IMG/VR virus record: IMGVR_UViG_3300020112_000191 | Location: 30,234 to 94,233 of that record | Origin: a virus | Lineage: Duplodnaviria; Caudoviricetes | Strand: one strand, 5' to 3' | Length of the DNA: 64,000 nucleotides | Shown here: positions 17,477-26,847 of the stretch, piece after piece | How positions within the stretch are numbered: position 1 is the stretch's first letter | Layout: each line of letters opens with the position of its first letter | Position numbers and translations under genes: made by a program | The notes under the pieces: generated by a model | Databases searched by the model: none | What the model saw: the letters and a program-made list of their open reading frames with translations, nothing else | Told to the model about the DNA's origin: nothing

Positions 17477-20400
17477 CTACATACATTTGAGGATCATTTC
17501 TTTCATCCAATCAGACATATTGTCGTACTCGTCTTTAGATATCTTTCTTTGGCCCAAATAAGCCTTTTCTTCTGGCGATAGTGTATTATATCCAGCTGTC
17601 ATCTTAACGTCCAAATTTGAGGCTATTTCGAGGCTTTCTGACGTATTAGTTTTTCTAGCATACTTACCAGAACGTATAGCATCGAAATAATTAGCCATTA
17701 CTGTATCGCAAGCCTCTGTATGAGTTATCTTAGCAAGAAGCTGTTTGAAGAATTTAGCAATGCGCTGTGAGAATGAAAGTTTACCATTAGAAGCTACGTA
17801 ACGTCTAAAGTCTTCTGCCATACATTCCTCAAGCTCAAGATTGCTCATTTCGCCATATTTAGCCTTAGCTTCCTGGAGAAGAGTATTACGCTCTTCAGCT
17901 GAGAGATAGTTTCTAAATACTACATGGAACGCTTCGTGGTAAGCAGTTCCTGGAGCAGCTATATCTGAGAGAGTTATATGTGCACCCTTAGTTTGACCCC
18001 AAGCCTTTGTAGAGCCTTCAGTAATCAATCCATGAACAATGTCAATCTTTCCTTCTCTTGAGAGCTGTGGAAGCATCTGGTCGAGAATTGCAAGCTCAGC
18101 TTCTTGATTCCATACTTCAGTTGTTTTGTTTGTTGCTACTCTAAATGGAGCTTCATCATCGAGAGACGGAAGATCGCTGAGATCAATTATCTTAGAGAGA
18201 TCTGGAACTGAATCTTCTTCAGCCTCTTGCTTAGTCTCTACATATAACTTAGACTCAGCGCCTGGAACGTGTACATCCGAAGATTCAACCACAGGAGAAG
18301 AAGAAGGTACACTAGCTGGTTCATTGTCCATGAGTGCATTAAACCCATCTTCAACATCTTTGTCTTCTTCCGTCTGAGCTACTTGAGCTGACTCTGGCAA
18401 CGGTGTATTATCGAAATCTTCTTCATCATCGAATCCGCTATAAAGATTTACAGCCTTCATTCGATCTTCCTTAAGATCTGCAACTGTTACCTTTCTACTC
18501 TTACCGAGTGTTCCGAAATCAACCTCTACATCAAATGGCTCTGCATACTCACGCTTATCGCCCTTCTTGTATGCTTTTCTAAAATCAGCTCCGTTACGCA
18601 ACTCTGGCTTAGCTACAGATCCAAGTTTGAATCCTTCTGCCTCAGCCTTGCTACGAGCTTCTTTAGAACGAGCTGAATTCATATCTATAGCATCGCTGCT
18701 ACCGAACAAATAAGAGAGAATATTGTTAGCTGCTTCAGTTTCAGCTTCAGTAAATACTCGACCAGTATGAGGATTAATCAAGATCTCTGTATTATCGTCA
18801 ACGAACTCAGGCATATCGAGAAGATCTTTGCCAGACTTTTCAAGTGCTGCATTCATTCTCTTGCGGCCAGATTCGTACATACTGCGATATTCCTTTGGCA
18901 TTCTTACAGCCTGGAAGAGAGCGTATTTTTTACCCTTCTTGCTTTCTACAATACGAATAGCACCATGATTGATAATCTTACCTTCTGAGTTAGTTTCATA
19001 GCTTACAAGACCAACTTTCTTAAGTTTCTCTTCTGCCTCATCGCTAAGATCCATTGTCATCATTACGATCTTCTGATCTTTGCTAGCTGCTGCTATGTTG
19101 TAAGATCTACCATCTGCATCATGAGTCTGGAATACTTTCTGAATGTTTTTAAGAATACTCATTCCGATTGTGCCGTTGAAATACTTGAAGAGATTACCAA
19201 GTGAGTCACTCTTATTGATTGGTACAAGTCCTTCAGTAGCTGTACGAACCATAGGAACTTTCTTCATTCGACCATTTTTGTCTGTCTGCTCTACGAAATA
19301 TACTTCAGTAGAACCACCGAACATCGAGTCTATGAATACTGGATCACCATAAGCTTCTCTAAGCTGAGCCTGTGTAGCATTACGAAGATCGTCTATTGCT
19401 TGCTGTCTAGCTTTTTCTTTCTCTTCAGCAAGTGCGACTCTAGCTACTGGCTTAGTTGCTTCGTATTGTTCATCTGTAGCAACTGTAACGCCGCCCTTAG
19501 AATTAACTTCTGGAGACTTTATTGTAGCCCAGTTATTAACTATTGGAGAAGGCCCAAATGGATCTACATTAGTAGTTACCATCTTAAGGTTTGTTTCAGA
19601 GAGTTCTGCATGACCTTCAGCATCAACATCAACATTATTGTTTACTGATACGCCAAGCTTACCGAGCATCTGAATTATTGCCTTAGCTGGATCATCGTAA
19701 TCTATGCCATCTTCAGTTTCTTCTGGAGTCTCATCGAGAGGGAAGAACTGAGCTTCGTAAGCTGCTTCCTGTTTAGGATATTTAACTCCGTTACCCTTAG
19801 TCTGGTAAATTTCCTTGCCAGCTGCATCGAGTTTCTTACGATACATCTTGATAAACATCTTGCCATCTGGGGATACGAAGAAATGAATTGCTACATTAGA
19901 GAGAGCTATCTGATCGCTAATTGTGTCGATTGCATCACGAAGCTTCTGAGACATTGTTTCGTAACGCTTAGCTCTAACTTCTGGATCAGCTGTGTTATCC
20001 ATCTTAAGACTAAGATTCTCTCTAACTATTGCGTCAACCGAGTTGCGAATTTCATTAGCAAGAACTTCGATCATTTCTGGATTCTCAGAAATTCTCTTAT
20101 TACGAGTAGCTATTGCTGTGTAAGTACCTTGTACGTTTGGAATCAAGACATACATCTGGCCTGGTACAAGTGCTTCAAGATTCTTTATCTCTGATTCCTT
20201 TACTCCATTCGAGAGGATTGAGCCTTCAGATTTTCTACGAATGATGAACTTTATATCGCTAGGATTAACATTGTGTGCCTGAGCAAAATCGCTAAGATTG
20301 GTTTCTACTGGAAGAACATTTGTTTCGCCGCAAAATACTTCCATTATCTCAGATGTAAATGTTGAGAAATGAACATCTGTCTCACCTCCATCAACTTTTA

Positions 20401-23400
20401 CAGAACCGAAATCGAGATCGTCAACTGCAAATTCCTTAGCTATTGCTTCGTAATTCTTGCTATTCTTATTGAAATTACCTATTGGGTAGAATGTACCATC
20501 TTCAGATCTTACGAACATTATGATAGATGGATTACCATCAAACTCAGGGAAATCCTTGCAAATACCAAAATAAACCTTTGATGGAATCTTATCTTCAGAA
20601 ACTTGCCTAAGAACTTCATTCTTCTTCGAGAAGCCTATTGAATCAAGGAAATCCATAAATTCCTTATATGGAATTGTGCCATCCTTGCGCTCGTATTCAC
20701 CTCTTGGAGTACAAGTTACGTTACCTTCTTTATCGGTAAATCTTACAAACTCATCAAGACCAGTAGTTATATAATGCTTTTCTGTAGCTGTGTTCTTTTC
20801 GTCATCAGCTCTACTGCCTCTAGAACCAGGAGTCTCTTCGCCAGTCAATGTCTGTGCTTCGTGACCTTCTTTAGTTTCATCTGTAGTGACCATGCCGAAG
20901 CCAGTGTTACCCTTATCGTCGATAATAGCAGCTGCGCCATTAGACATCTCTGGAAGCTTTTCACCAGCTGTAGGAAGAGTAGCTACTTCTTTTCTTGCCT
21001 TAATTACATCACCAAATCCAAGACCCTTAGATGATTTAGTAGTTTCACCTTCAACCTTAGTTTCTTTTGCTGCTGGTTTTGGAGCTGCATCACCAAGACG
21101 TTTTTCAAGATCCTTAGAGAGCTTCATTATTTGAGTCTGTGGATCTATTGTCTTAGTTACTGTAGAGCCATATGGACGAGGATCTTTCCATTGTACTGTA
21201 AACGAATCACCATTTATTTCAATGATTTCACAAATGCGACCCTTGCCATTAGTCGAGAGGCCGAATGCTTTACCAGATACAGCGATCTTATCGCCAACTT
21301 TGAAGATACTCATATCTATGCCAGAGAGATCAAGTGCTTCTGGATCAGCTGTAGATTTTGTGGAGCCCTTAACTGATTCAGTTTTAGATGTGCCATCTTT
21401 AGCTTCAGATTTACCAAGATCAACCAACTGATTAACAAAATCTGCTGGAATATCTTTTATACCGCTAGTGTCAATGTCATCCATACCGTTAACCTTTACA
21501 GAGGCTACTGCAATCATTTCCAACATTGCTTTAGCTGCTTCTTTATCTTCTTTGCTAAGCTTGCTATTATCTATATTCTCGAACGCTGACTTATCTGCTA
21601 TCGCATTGATAAGCTCCTGAGTATCGTTATATTTCTTAGCTGTAGCTACTACAACATCGCTTACGCCCTTTTTGTCTTTAAGCTCTTTGCTAGCTTCCTT
21701 ATCTTTAACAAGCTTCTCTGCTATTGTTCTAACTGAGCCATTGAACTTATTGCGTTTCTTCCATTTATCGAGCCATTCTTTCTGAGTATCATCGAGAATA
21801 GATCCATCCATGAATCCCTTGTTTGTAACAAGATCATTTCTGTTGGCATCTACATTCTTACAGAACTCATTAAAATCTTTAGAGCCCTTAGCTAACTCAG
21901 CTGCTTTCTGTTGCTTCTCGGTTGTCTTCTTCTGAGCCTCTGTAGCGGCCTTCTTTTCAGCTTTCTTTGTTGCATCTGCAGCAGCCTTAGCTGCACGTCC
22001 GTTGGCCCAAACTCCGTTAGCTATAATAGCCTCTTGCTCTTTCTTAATGTTCTCAGCTTGCTGAAGAAGAATTGGAGCATCAGCGATCTTCTGAGCAACT
22101 TCTTTCTGCTCTGCTATAGGAAGATCTTTTACGGCCTCCTGGAGTTCCTGGTTGAGAATTGCATTTACAGCGTCAGTAGCTTCAGTAATCTTCTTGCCAT
22201 ACTTTACTTGAGCTTCGATATTAGCTTCGATATTCTTACGCATCTGCTCAGCATCGTCGGAGAGAATAGAGAAGCCATTTCTTGAATTTGCTGCCTTAAG
22301 CTCTTCGCGTTTAGCCAAAGCTTCGTTCATGTCATCAAGATCAGCAAGAACTTCGTCAGATTTTTTATTGACAACTGCATCTTCCCATTTCTTTGTAGCT
22401 TCTTCAGCTGCTTTTGTAGCTGCCTTGAGTTCATGAGTCTCGTTCAGGAATGTAGGATTCTTTGCTGCTGCATCTCTAATTACGCTCTTTGTTGCATCAT
22501 TGAAGATCTCAGCTGCACGATCTTTGCGATTCTTTGCTGCTGCTTCAAGGTAAGAGAGACCTTCTATACAATCTGCATTAAGCTCTGGATGTTCATTCTC
22601 GAATTTGTCGAAGAACTTACCATACTCATCAATTGCTGCAAGCTGCTTATTTACTTTGTCTGCAACTTTTGTTCTTACTTGATCAGCATTCATTGTAGTG
22701 CCATCTTCGTTCTTCCAATTCTCTGGATTTTCCTTGATAACACCAGCAACTTCTTCATCAGTAAGATTTGCTGATTCCTGGATACGCTTCTTATAAACGT
22801 CCATCAGCATTGCCTGGCGAAACATCTGTACGTCTGAGATCATCTGCTGAAAATCAGCATTCTCCCATTCAACACGATTGCCATTTTGAGCTGCTTCAGT
22901 CTTTTTCTTTTCGAGAGCATTGTGAGCAACAATACCCTTATATAGTGCGCCGAACTTGCTGTCGGCCTTGAGTCTTTCGTTAATACGATTTACAAGATCT
23001 TGCTGTTCTCTCCATTCTTTAGAGCCTTCAGAAATCTCTCCATAGATACCGCCAGACCAGCCTTTGAGAGATGGAGTACCAACTGCACCAGTAACGAAGC
23101 CCATCAACATATCGAGACCGAGTTCTTTTTTGTCGATCTTACGAACGCCTTCGATAAGTGAATCGAGATAGCTCTTTACTACATTACGTGATTCGTCATC
23201 ATACTCAGCATCTTGCATCTTACGCCAGATTGGTGCGCCTTCTTTAATGATGTCCTGTGAGCCTTCTTCAAATGCTTCAGAGCAGTTATTTAAGAGGACT
23301 TTAGCACCAAGACCAGTATTAAATGCAACTTTGCTAGTTCCATGAGCTAAGCCATCTTTGCCAATCTGAAGAGCTATCTTACGTGAAGAGTCGTAACCCT

Positions 23401-24376
23401 TAGAAAAGAGATTGCCGAACTGAATTGAATTTGTTAATGAAAGCAAACCTATATTCGAGAGGAATACCATGTTGCCTTCACGCTTGAGATCATCTTCAGT
23501 CTTAGCGAGATCCTTCTGGAATTTAGCTGTAAGAGCTGGCTTATCTTCTTCAGCTGATTCAGCCATTGCTTTGTTATAAGCGTCTGTAAGAGCCTTAGAT
23601 CTTGAATTAAATTCCTCTGTCTTATGACCCACAGCTTCTGTTGCTGCTTCACCGATTGCACCAGTAAGACCACCGAGTACACGTTCGAGAATTGGGCTCT
23701 TCGTCATTGCTGCTTTAAGGCCAGAAAACATTTTACCAGCTACGCCACCATAAGCCATTGCTGAGAGAGCCATACCTTCTGTAAAACCCATGTTTTGCCA
23801 GAGATCAGCCCAGAAATCAATGCTGCCCATCTTCTCAAAGTTACCAGCATCCTGATACTCTTGAGTCTTGTAAACCTGGAATTTCTTAGCTGCTTCATCA
23901 CGAATGTCATTATCGAGATTAGATACAGTATTGTTCCAAAGCTTATTCATTTCGCCAGTTGCCATTGCTTCAACGATACCATCAGCAAGACCGAGAGTAC
24001 CATCTACGAATGATGTACCAGCAATTACAAGGTTGTTTATTGTGGCGTTACCCATTTTGTGATACCACTGCTGCATCTGAGCTACTTGCTCATCGATATC
24101 AGCTGTAGTCTTATTACCTACGTAACCGAGTGCGCTCTGGTAGTCTTCATCGCCACCCTTTGATTGAGAGTCTTGAATCTGAGTACCAACGTTAGATTGC
24201 AAAGAACTCAGAGTAGCACGCTTGTTGATCTCATAAGGATTGAGAGCATCAATCGACGCTTGTTCTCTCTGCGCTCTTTGTTTGGCAGTTTCCTTAACAC
24301 TAGCTACGCCAGTGGAATTATCCACTGACGCATTAGTGTAATCTGCCGAATTAAGAATACTTAAAATGTCAGACAT
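17477..24376 (-). CDS. Giant ejected cargo protein with N-terminal hydrophobic Gly/Ala segments and a C-terminal zincin protease-like domain
   Basis: 2299 aa; TAYHEAFH (17924-17938) plus downstream LEECMAEDF; membrane-like N-terminal helices; follows the cargo genes. Confidence 0.75.
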   Translation of the reverse strand: MSDILSILNSADYTNASVDNSTGVASVKETAKQRAQREQASIDALNPYEINKRATLSSLQSNVGTQIQDSQSKGGDEDYQSALGYVGNKTTADIDEQVAQMQQWYHKMGNATINNLVIAGTSFVDGTLGLADGIVEAMATGEMNKLWNNTVSNLDNDIRDEAAKKFQVYKTQEYQDAGNFEKMGSIDFWADLWQNMGFTEGMALSAMAYGGVAGKMFSGLKAAMTKSPILERVLGGLTGAIGEAATEAVGHKTEEFNSRSKALTDAYNKAMAESAEEDKPALTAKFQKDLAKTEDDLKREGNMVFLSNIGLLSLTNSIQFGNLFSKGYDSSRKIALQIGKDGLAHGTSKVAFNTGLGAKVLLNNCSEAFEEGSQDIIKEGAPIWRKMQDAEYDDESRNVVKSYLDSLIEGVRKIDKKELGLDMLMGFVTGAVGTPSLKGWSGGIYGEISEGSKEWREQQDLVNRINERLKADSKFGALYKGIVAHNALEKKKTEAAQNGNRVEWENADFQQMISDVQMFRQAMLMDVYKKRIQESANLTDEEVAGVIKENPENWKNEDGTTMNADQVRTKVADKVNKQLAAIDEYGKFFDKFENEHPELNADCIEGLSYLEAAAKNRKDRAAEIFNDATKSVIRDAAAKNPTFLNETHELKAATKAAEEATKKWEDAVVNKKSDEVLADLDDMNEALAKREELKAANSRNGFSILSDDAEQMRKNIEANIEAQVKYGKKITEATDAVNAILNQELQEAVKDLPIAEQKEVAQKIADAPILLQQAENIKKEQEAIIANGVWANGRAAKAAADATKKAEKKAATEAQKKTTEKQQKAAELAKGSKDFNEFCKNVDANRNDLVTNKGFMDGSILDDTQKEWLDKWKKRNKFNGSVRTIAEKLVKDKEASKELKDKKGVSDVVVATAKKYNDTQELINAIADKSAFENIDNSKLSKEDKEAAKAMLEMIAVASVKVNGMDDIDTSGIKDIPADFVNQLVDLGKSEAKDGTSKTESVKGSTKSTADPEALDLSGIDMSIFKVGDKIAVSGKAFGLSTNGKGRICEIIEINGDSFTVQWKDPRPYGSTVTKTIDPQTQIMKLSKDLEKRLGDAAPKPAAKETKVEGETTKSSKGLGFGDVIKARKEVATLPTAGEKLPEMSNGAAAIIDDKGNTGFGMVTTDETKEGHEAQTLTGEETPGSRGSRADDEKNTATEKHYITTGLDEFVRFTDKEGNVTCTPRGEYERKDGTIPYKEFMDFLDSIGFSKKNEVLRQVSEDKIPSKVYFGICKDFPEFDGNPSIIMFVRSEDGTFYPIGNFNKNSKNYEAIAKEFAVDDLDFGSVKVDGGETDVHFSTFTSEIMEVFCGETNVLPVETNLSDFAQAHNVNPSDIKFIIRRKSEGSILSNGVKESEIKNLEALVPGQMYVLIPNVQGTYTAIATRNKRISENPEMIEVLANEIRNSVDAIVRENLSLKMDNTADPEVRAKRYETMSQKLRDAIDTISDQIALSNVAIHFFVSPDGKMFIKMYRKKLDAAGKEIYQTKGNGVKYPKQEAAYEAQFFPLDETPEETEDGIDYDDPAKAIIQMLGKLGVSVNNNVDVDAEGHAELSETNLKMVTTNVDPFGPSPIVNNWATIKSPEVNSKGGVTVATDEQYEATKPVARVALAEEKEKARQQAIDDLRNATQAQLREAYGDPVFIDSMFGGSTEVYFVEQTDKNGRMKKVPMVRTATEGLVPINKSDSLGNLFKYFNGTIGMSILKNIQKVFQTHDADGRSYNIAAASKDQKIVMMTMDLSDEAEEKLKKVGLVSYETNSEGKIINHGAIRIVESKKGKKYALFQAVRMPKEYRSMYESGRKRMNAALEKSGKDLLDMPEFVDDNTEILINPHTGRVFTEAETEAANNILSYLFGSSDAIDMNSARSKEARSKAEAEGFKLGSVAKPELRNGADFRKAYKKGDKREYAEPFDVEVDFGTLGKSRKVTVADLKEDRMKAVNLYSGFDDEEDFDNTPLPESAQVAQTEEDKDVEDGFNALMDNEPASVPSSSPVVESSDVHVPGAESKLYVETKQEAEEDSVPDLSKIIDLSDLPSLDDEAPFRVATNKTTEVWNQEAELAILDQMLPQLSREGKIDIVHGLITEGSTKAWGQTKGAHITLSDIAAPGTAYHEAFHVVFRNYLSAEERNTLLQEAKAKYGEMSNLELEECMAEDFRRYVASNGKLSFSQRIAKFFKQLLAKITHTEACDTVMANYFDAIRSGKYARKTNTSESLEIASNLDVKMTAGYNTLSPEEKAYLGQRKISKDEYDNMSDWMKEMILKCM

Positions 24377-24377
24377 A

Positions 24378-26840
24378 TTATAAAAGTTTCTCTTTTCTTG
24401 AGTTAATAGCCATACCTACAGCAGACTGAGCTGTGAATGAACCGCCATTCTTCTCGTCCTCTGCGGTTGCAAAGGTACGTAAAATTCCCGATTTATTCCA
24501 ACAAAATCTCATAATTTGTGGTACTCCGTTAACATTTTTTGCACAAATTGTTCCAATGTAAATTGGATTATTGCTTTCATCAGTCTCAACTTGAAGATGA
24601 AGCATCTTCTTCATTGCTTCTGCATTTGGATTTGTGCCGTTCAATGTGGTGCTTATATTAGCTAGAGCCATGCCTGGCTTTGGGCCGCCCATCGCTGTTA
24701 TCTGATCAGCAGTAAGTTCGTATGTTCCGTTTGTAGCTACATTAGGAATCAGAACATCTGTGAATGTATTGAGAATAGTATTGAATCCTTCGTTAGATTC
24801 AAGCTCATCTGGATTGCGCATTATATCGGAATATAGCTCTGGAGAGAAATTCTTTACGTGATCAATACATGCATGATTCTCATTTGTTTTCTGAATGTCT
24901 GCTTCTACACCCTTGAGAAAATATTCTTTTCCATTAACGATGTAGCCTTCGTCACCATATTCGTTAACTACCTTCTGGAGCATAGCGCACTTATCTACTT
25001 CTTCAAGGAACGCTGGAACATCATCTTTAGCTATTCTAGTAAGCTTACCGCCTTCATTAATATAGATACCATTCTGAGCAGTATTATCGTCATCAAAATC
25101 GTCATTAGATCCAAGAGCAGCCATATTAGCCTTAGCGATGAAATTCATCTTCTCAGCCTTAAGATCCTCAGACTTAAGAGAACTTGTTGCATCGAATACT
25201 AAATGCTGCTTTGAAGATTGAGCCTTTTCGAGAGCTTCACCGAATTCAATATTCTGCTTGTCGCTCATGCCGTAGCCAGAGAACTTAACTTTGCGATCTT
25301 CAAGATCTTTAACAGCCTTAGCGTACTGACTCTCAAGGCCATCAAGTTTGAATGCTTTGTTAATATTCTCCATTGCTTTATTACGAGCGTATTCTGGATC
25401 CCATTCGCCCTTCTTTATAGTAGTAAAGCTTGTGCTTCCAGTCATGCCGCCAGTAGTAGATGTAGACTGATATTCTTTAGGAAGGAATGAATCGCCAGCC
25501 TTAAGAACTTCATCATAATCGCCATTAGCGATCTTTAACATTGCATCCTCAATATTATCGCTGCTAGCAATTATATTATTGAGAGCATCAACCTCGTCAT
25601 CGTTCCACTTCATCTCTTGAATGCCATTAGAACCATTGACTGCGTTACCGACACCAGGAAGAAGAGCTAAGCCAATAGATTTAGCTTTGCGTACCCATGA
25701 ATTATTGCTTCCTCTAGGATCGAATGTTTCGCCCTCTGTTTTGAGTCGATTCCACTCTTCATTAAGCTGGTTGATTGCTTCTGAACGTTTACCCTTAAGA
25801 AGTTCAATATCTGCTGTAGAAGCTTCGTTATCATCACCAACAATTGTAGACTTTACTTCTATAGGATTAGTGGTTATACCAGTACCAGCGAATCTAATTG
25901 AAGAATAGCTTGGATTACCAGGCAATGCACCGCCAGCTGTAGCACCACGAACGCCAGTCATATTGTGAATATCTTCGTTATATAAAGCTGCACCAGCAAG
26001 GCCCTGGAATATGCCGTTAGCAATGTATTTATCAATATCAGATTTAGCTTCTCCAGACAAATGTTTGTAATTCGTTTTGCCTTTCATTGCCTGAATGTTG
26101 CCGCTAAAATCTCTTGCTATTCGAGCTAATTCTTGATCTCTAAAATCTGCGCTCTTTGACCACTTTTCAATCTGCTCATCTGTAGCATTGATAAGCTGAT
26201 CGACTGTAACGTCTGTATTTACGCCGCCAACTTTAATGTGTCTCTTGAGCATAAAATCGTTATAATCACCACCATCGATTGCTTCATCGTAACGAGCATC
26301 ATCGAGGCTTATACGGCCTGTGAGAGCCTTAGCTGTATTAAACGCATCTGTCTGCATTGTAGTACCAGATACTGAATACATAGTAGGCTTAGCCGAATTC
26401 ATGAATGCGTTGATTCCCATAGTGACATCGTTACCATTTTCGTCCTTCATTGCGTAACGCATAGAAGCATCCTGTGTGCGCTGCTTATCTATCTCAGCTC
26501 TCTGAGCTTCGTATTTGGTAACTGCATTAGAGAGAATTGCGCTAGTATTATAGTAATCCTTTTTAAGCTGACGGATAGCATCTCTATCTCTAAGGAAGCC
26601 TGGAGTACCGATCTTCTCAGCTTGTTCGTTAATCTTTTGATTCATTGAGTTAAAAGCCTCTGTAAATGCTCCACCCTCTTGTGAGTATGGAGCAAATACA
26701 GCCATGCTTTTATTAACCTCATCAATCTCTGCTTCTCTTTCTCTATAAGCCTTATCGTACATTAACGCTGGCTTTAAATAATCATCAAGGCTACGTGCCT
26801 GAAACGACAAATTAGAGATTATTGGATTAATGTTTGCCAT
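24378..26840 (-). CDS. Putative ejected cargo protein
   Basis: 820 aa; N-terminal SLDDYLKP helical region; position between cargo-1-like and giant cargo genes. Confidence 0.6.
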   Translation of the reverse strand: MANINPIISNLSFQARSLDDYLKPALMYDKAYREREAEIDEVNKSMAVFAPYSQEGGAFTEAFNSMNQKINEQAEKIGTPGFLRDRDAIRQLKKDYYNTSAILSNAVTKYEAQRAEIDKQRTQDASMRYAMKDENGNDVTMGINAFMNSAKPTMYSVSGTTMQTDAFNTAKALTGRISLDDARYDEAIDGGDYNDFMLKRHIKVGGVNTDVTVDQLINATDEQIEKWSKSADFRDQELARIARDFSGNIQAMKGKTNYKHLSGEAKSDIDKYIANGIFQGLAGAALYNEDIHNMTGVRGATAGGALPGNPSYSSIRFAGTGITTNPIEVKSTIVGDDNEASTADIELLKGKRSEAINQLNEEWNRLKTEGETFDPRGSNNSWVRKAKSIGLALLPGVGNAVNGSNGIQEMKWNDDEVDALNNIIASSDNIEDAMLKIANGDYDEVLKAGDSFLPKEYQSTSTTGGMTGSTSFTTIKKGEWDPEYARNKAMENINKAFKLDGLESQYAKAVKDLEDRKVKFSGYGMSDKQNIEFGEALEKAQSSKQHLVFDATSSLKSEDLKAEKMNFIAKANMAALGSNDDFDDDNTAQNGIYINEGGKLTRIAKDDVPAFLEEVDKCAMLQKVVNEYGDEGYIVNGKEYFLKGVEADIQKTNENHACIDHVKNFSPELYSDIMRNPDELESNEGFNTILNTFTDVLIPNVATNGTYELTADQITAMGGPKPGMALANISTTLNGTNPNAEAMKKMLHLQVETDESNNPIYIGTICAKNVNGVPQIMRFCWNKSGILRTFATAEDEKNGGSFTAQSAVGMAINSRKEKLL
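24470..24501 (-). promoter_or_regulatory. Possible internal host-type promoter for the 2299 aa gene
   Basis: TACCTTTG(C) at 24477-24470 with TTG 21 nt upstream; inside the 3' end of the preceding gene, 93 nt before the ATG. Confidence 0.45.
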
Positions 26841-26847
26841 ATTGTTT

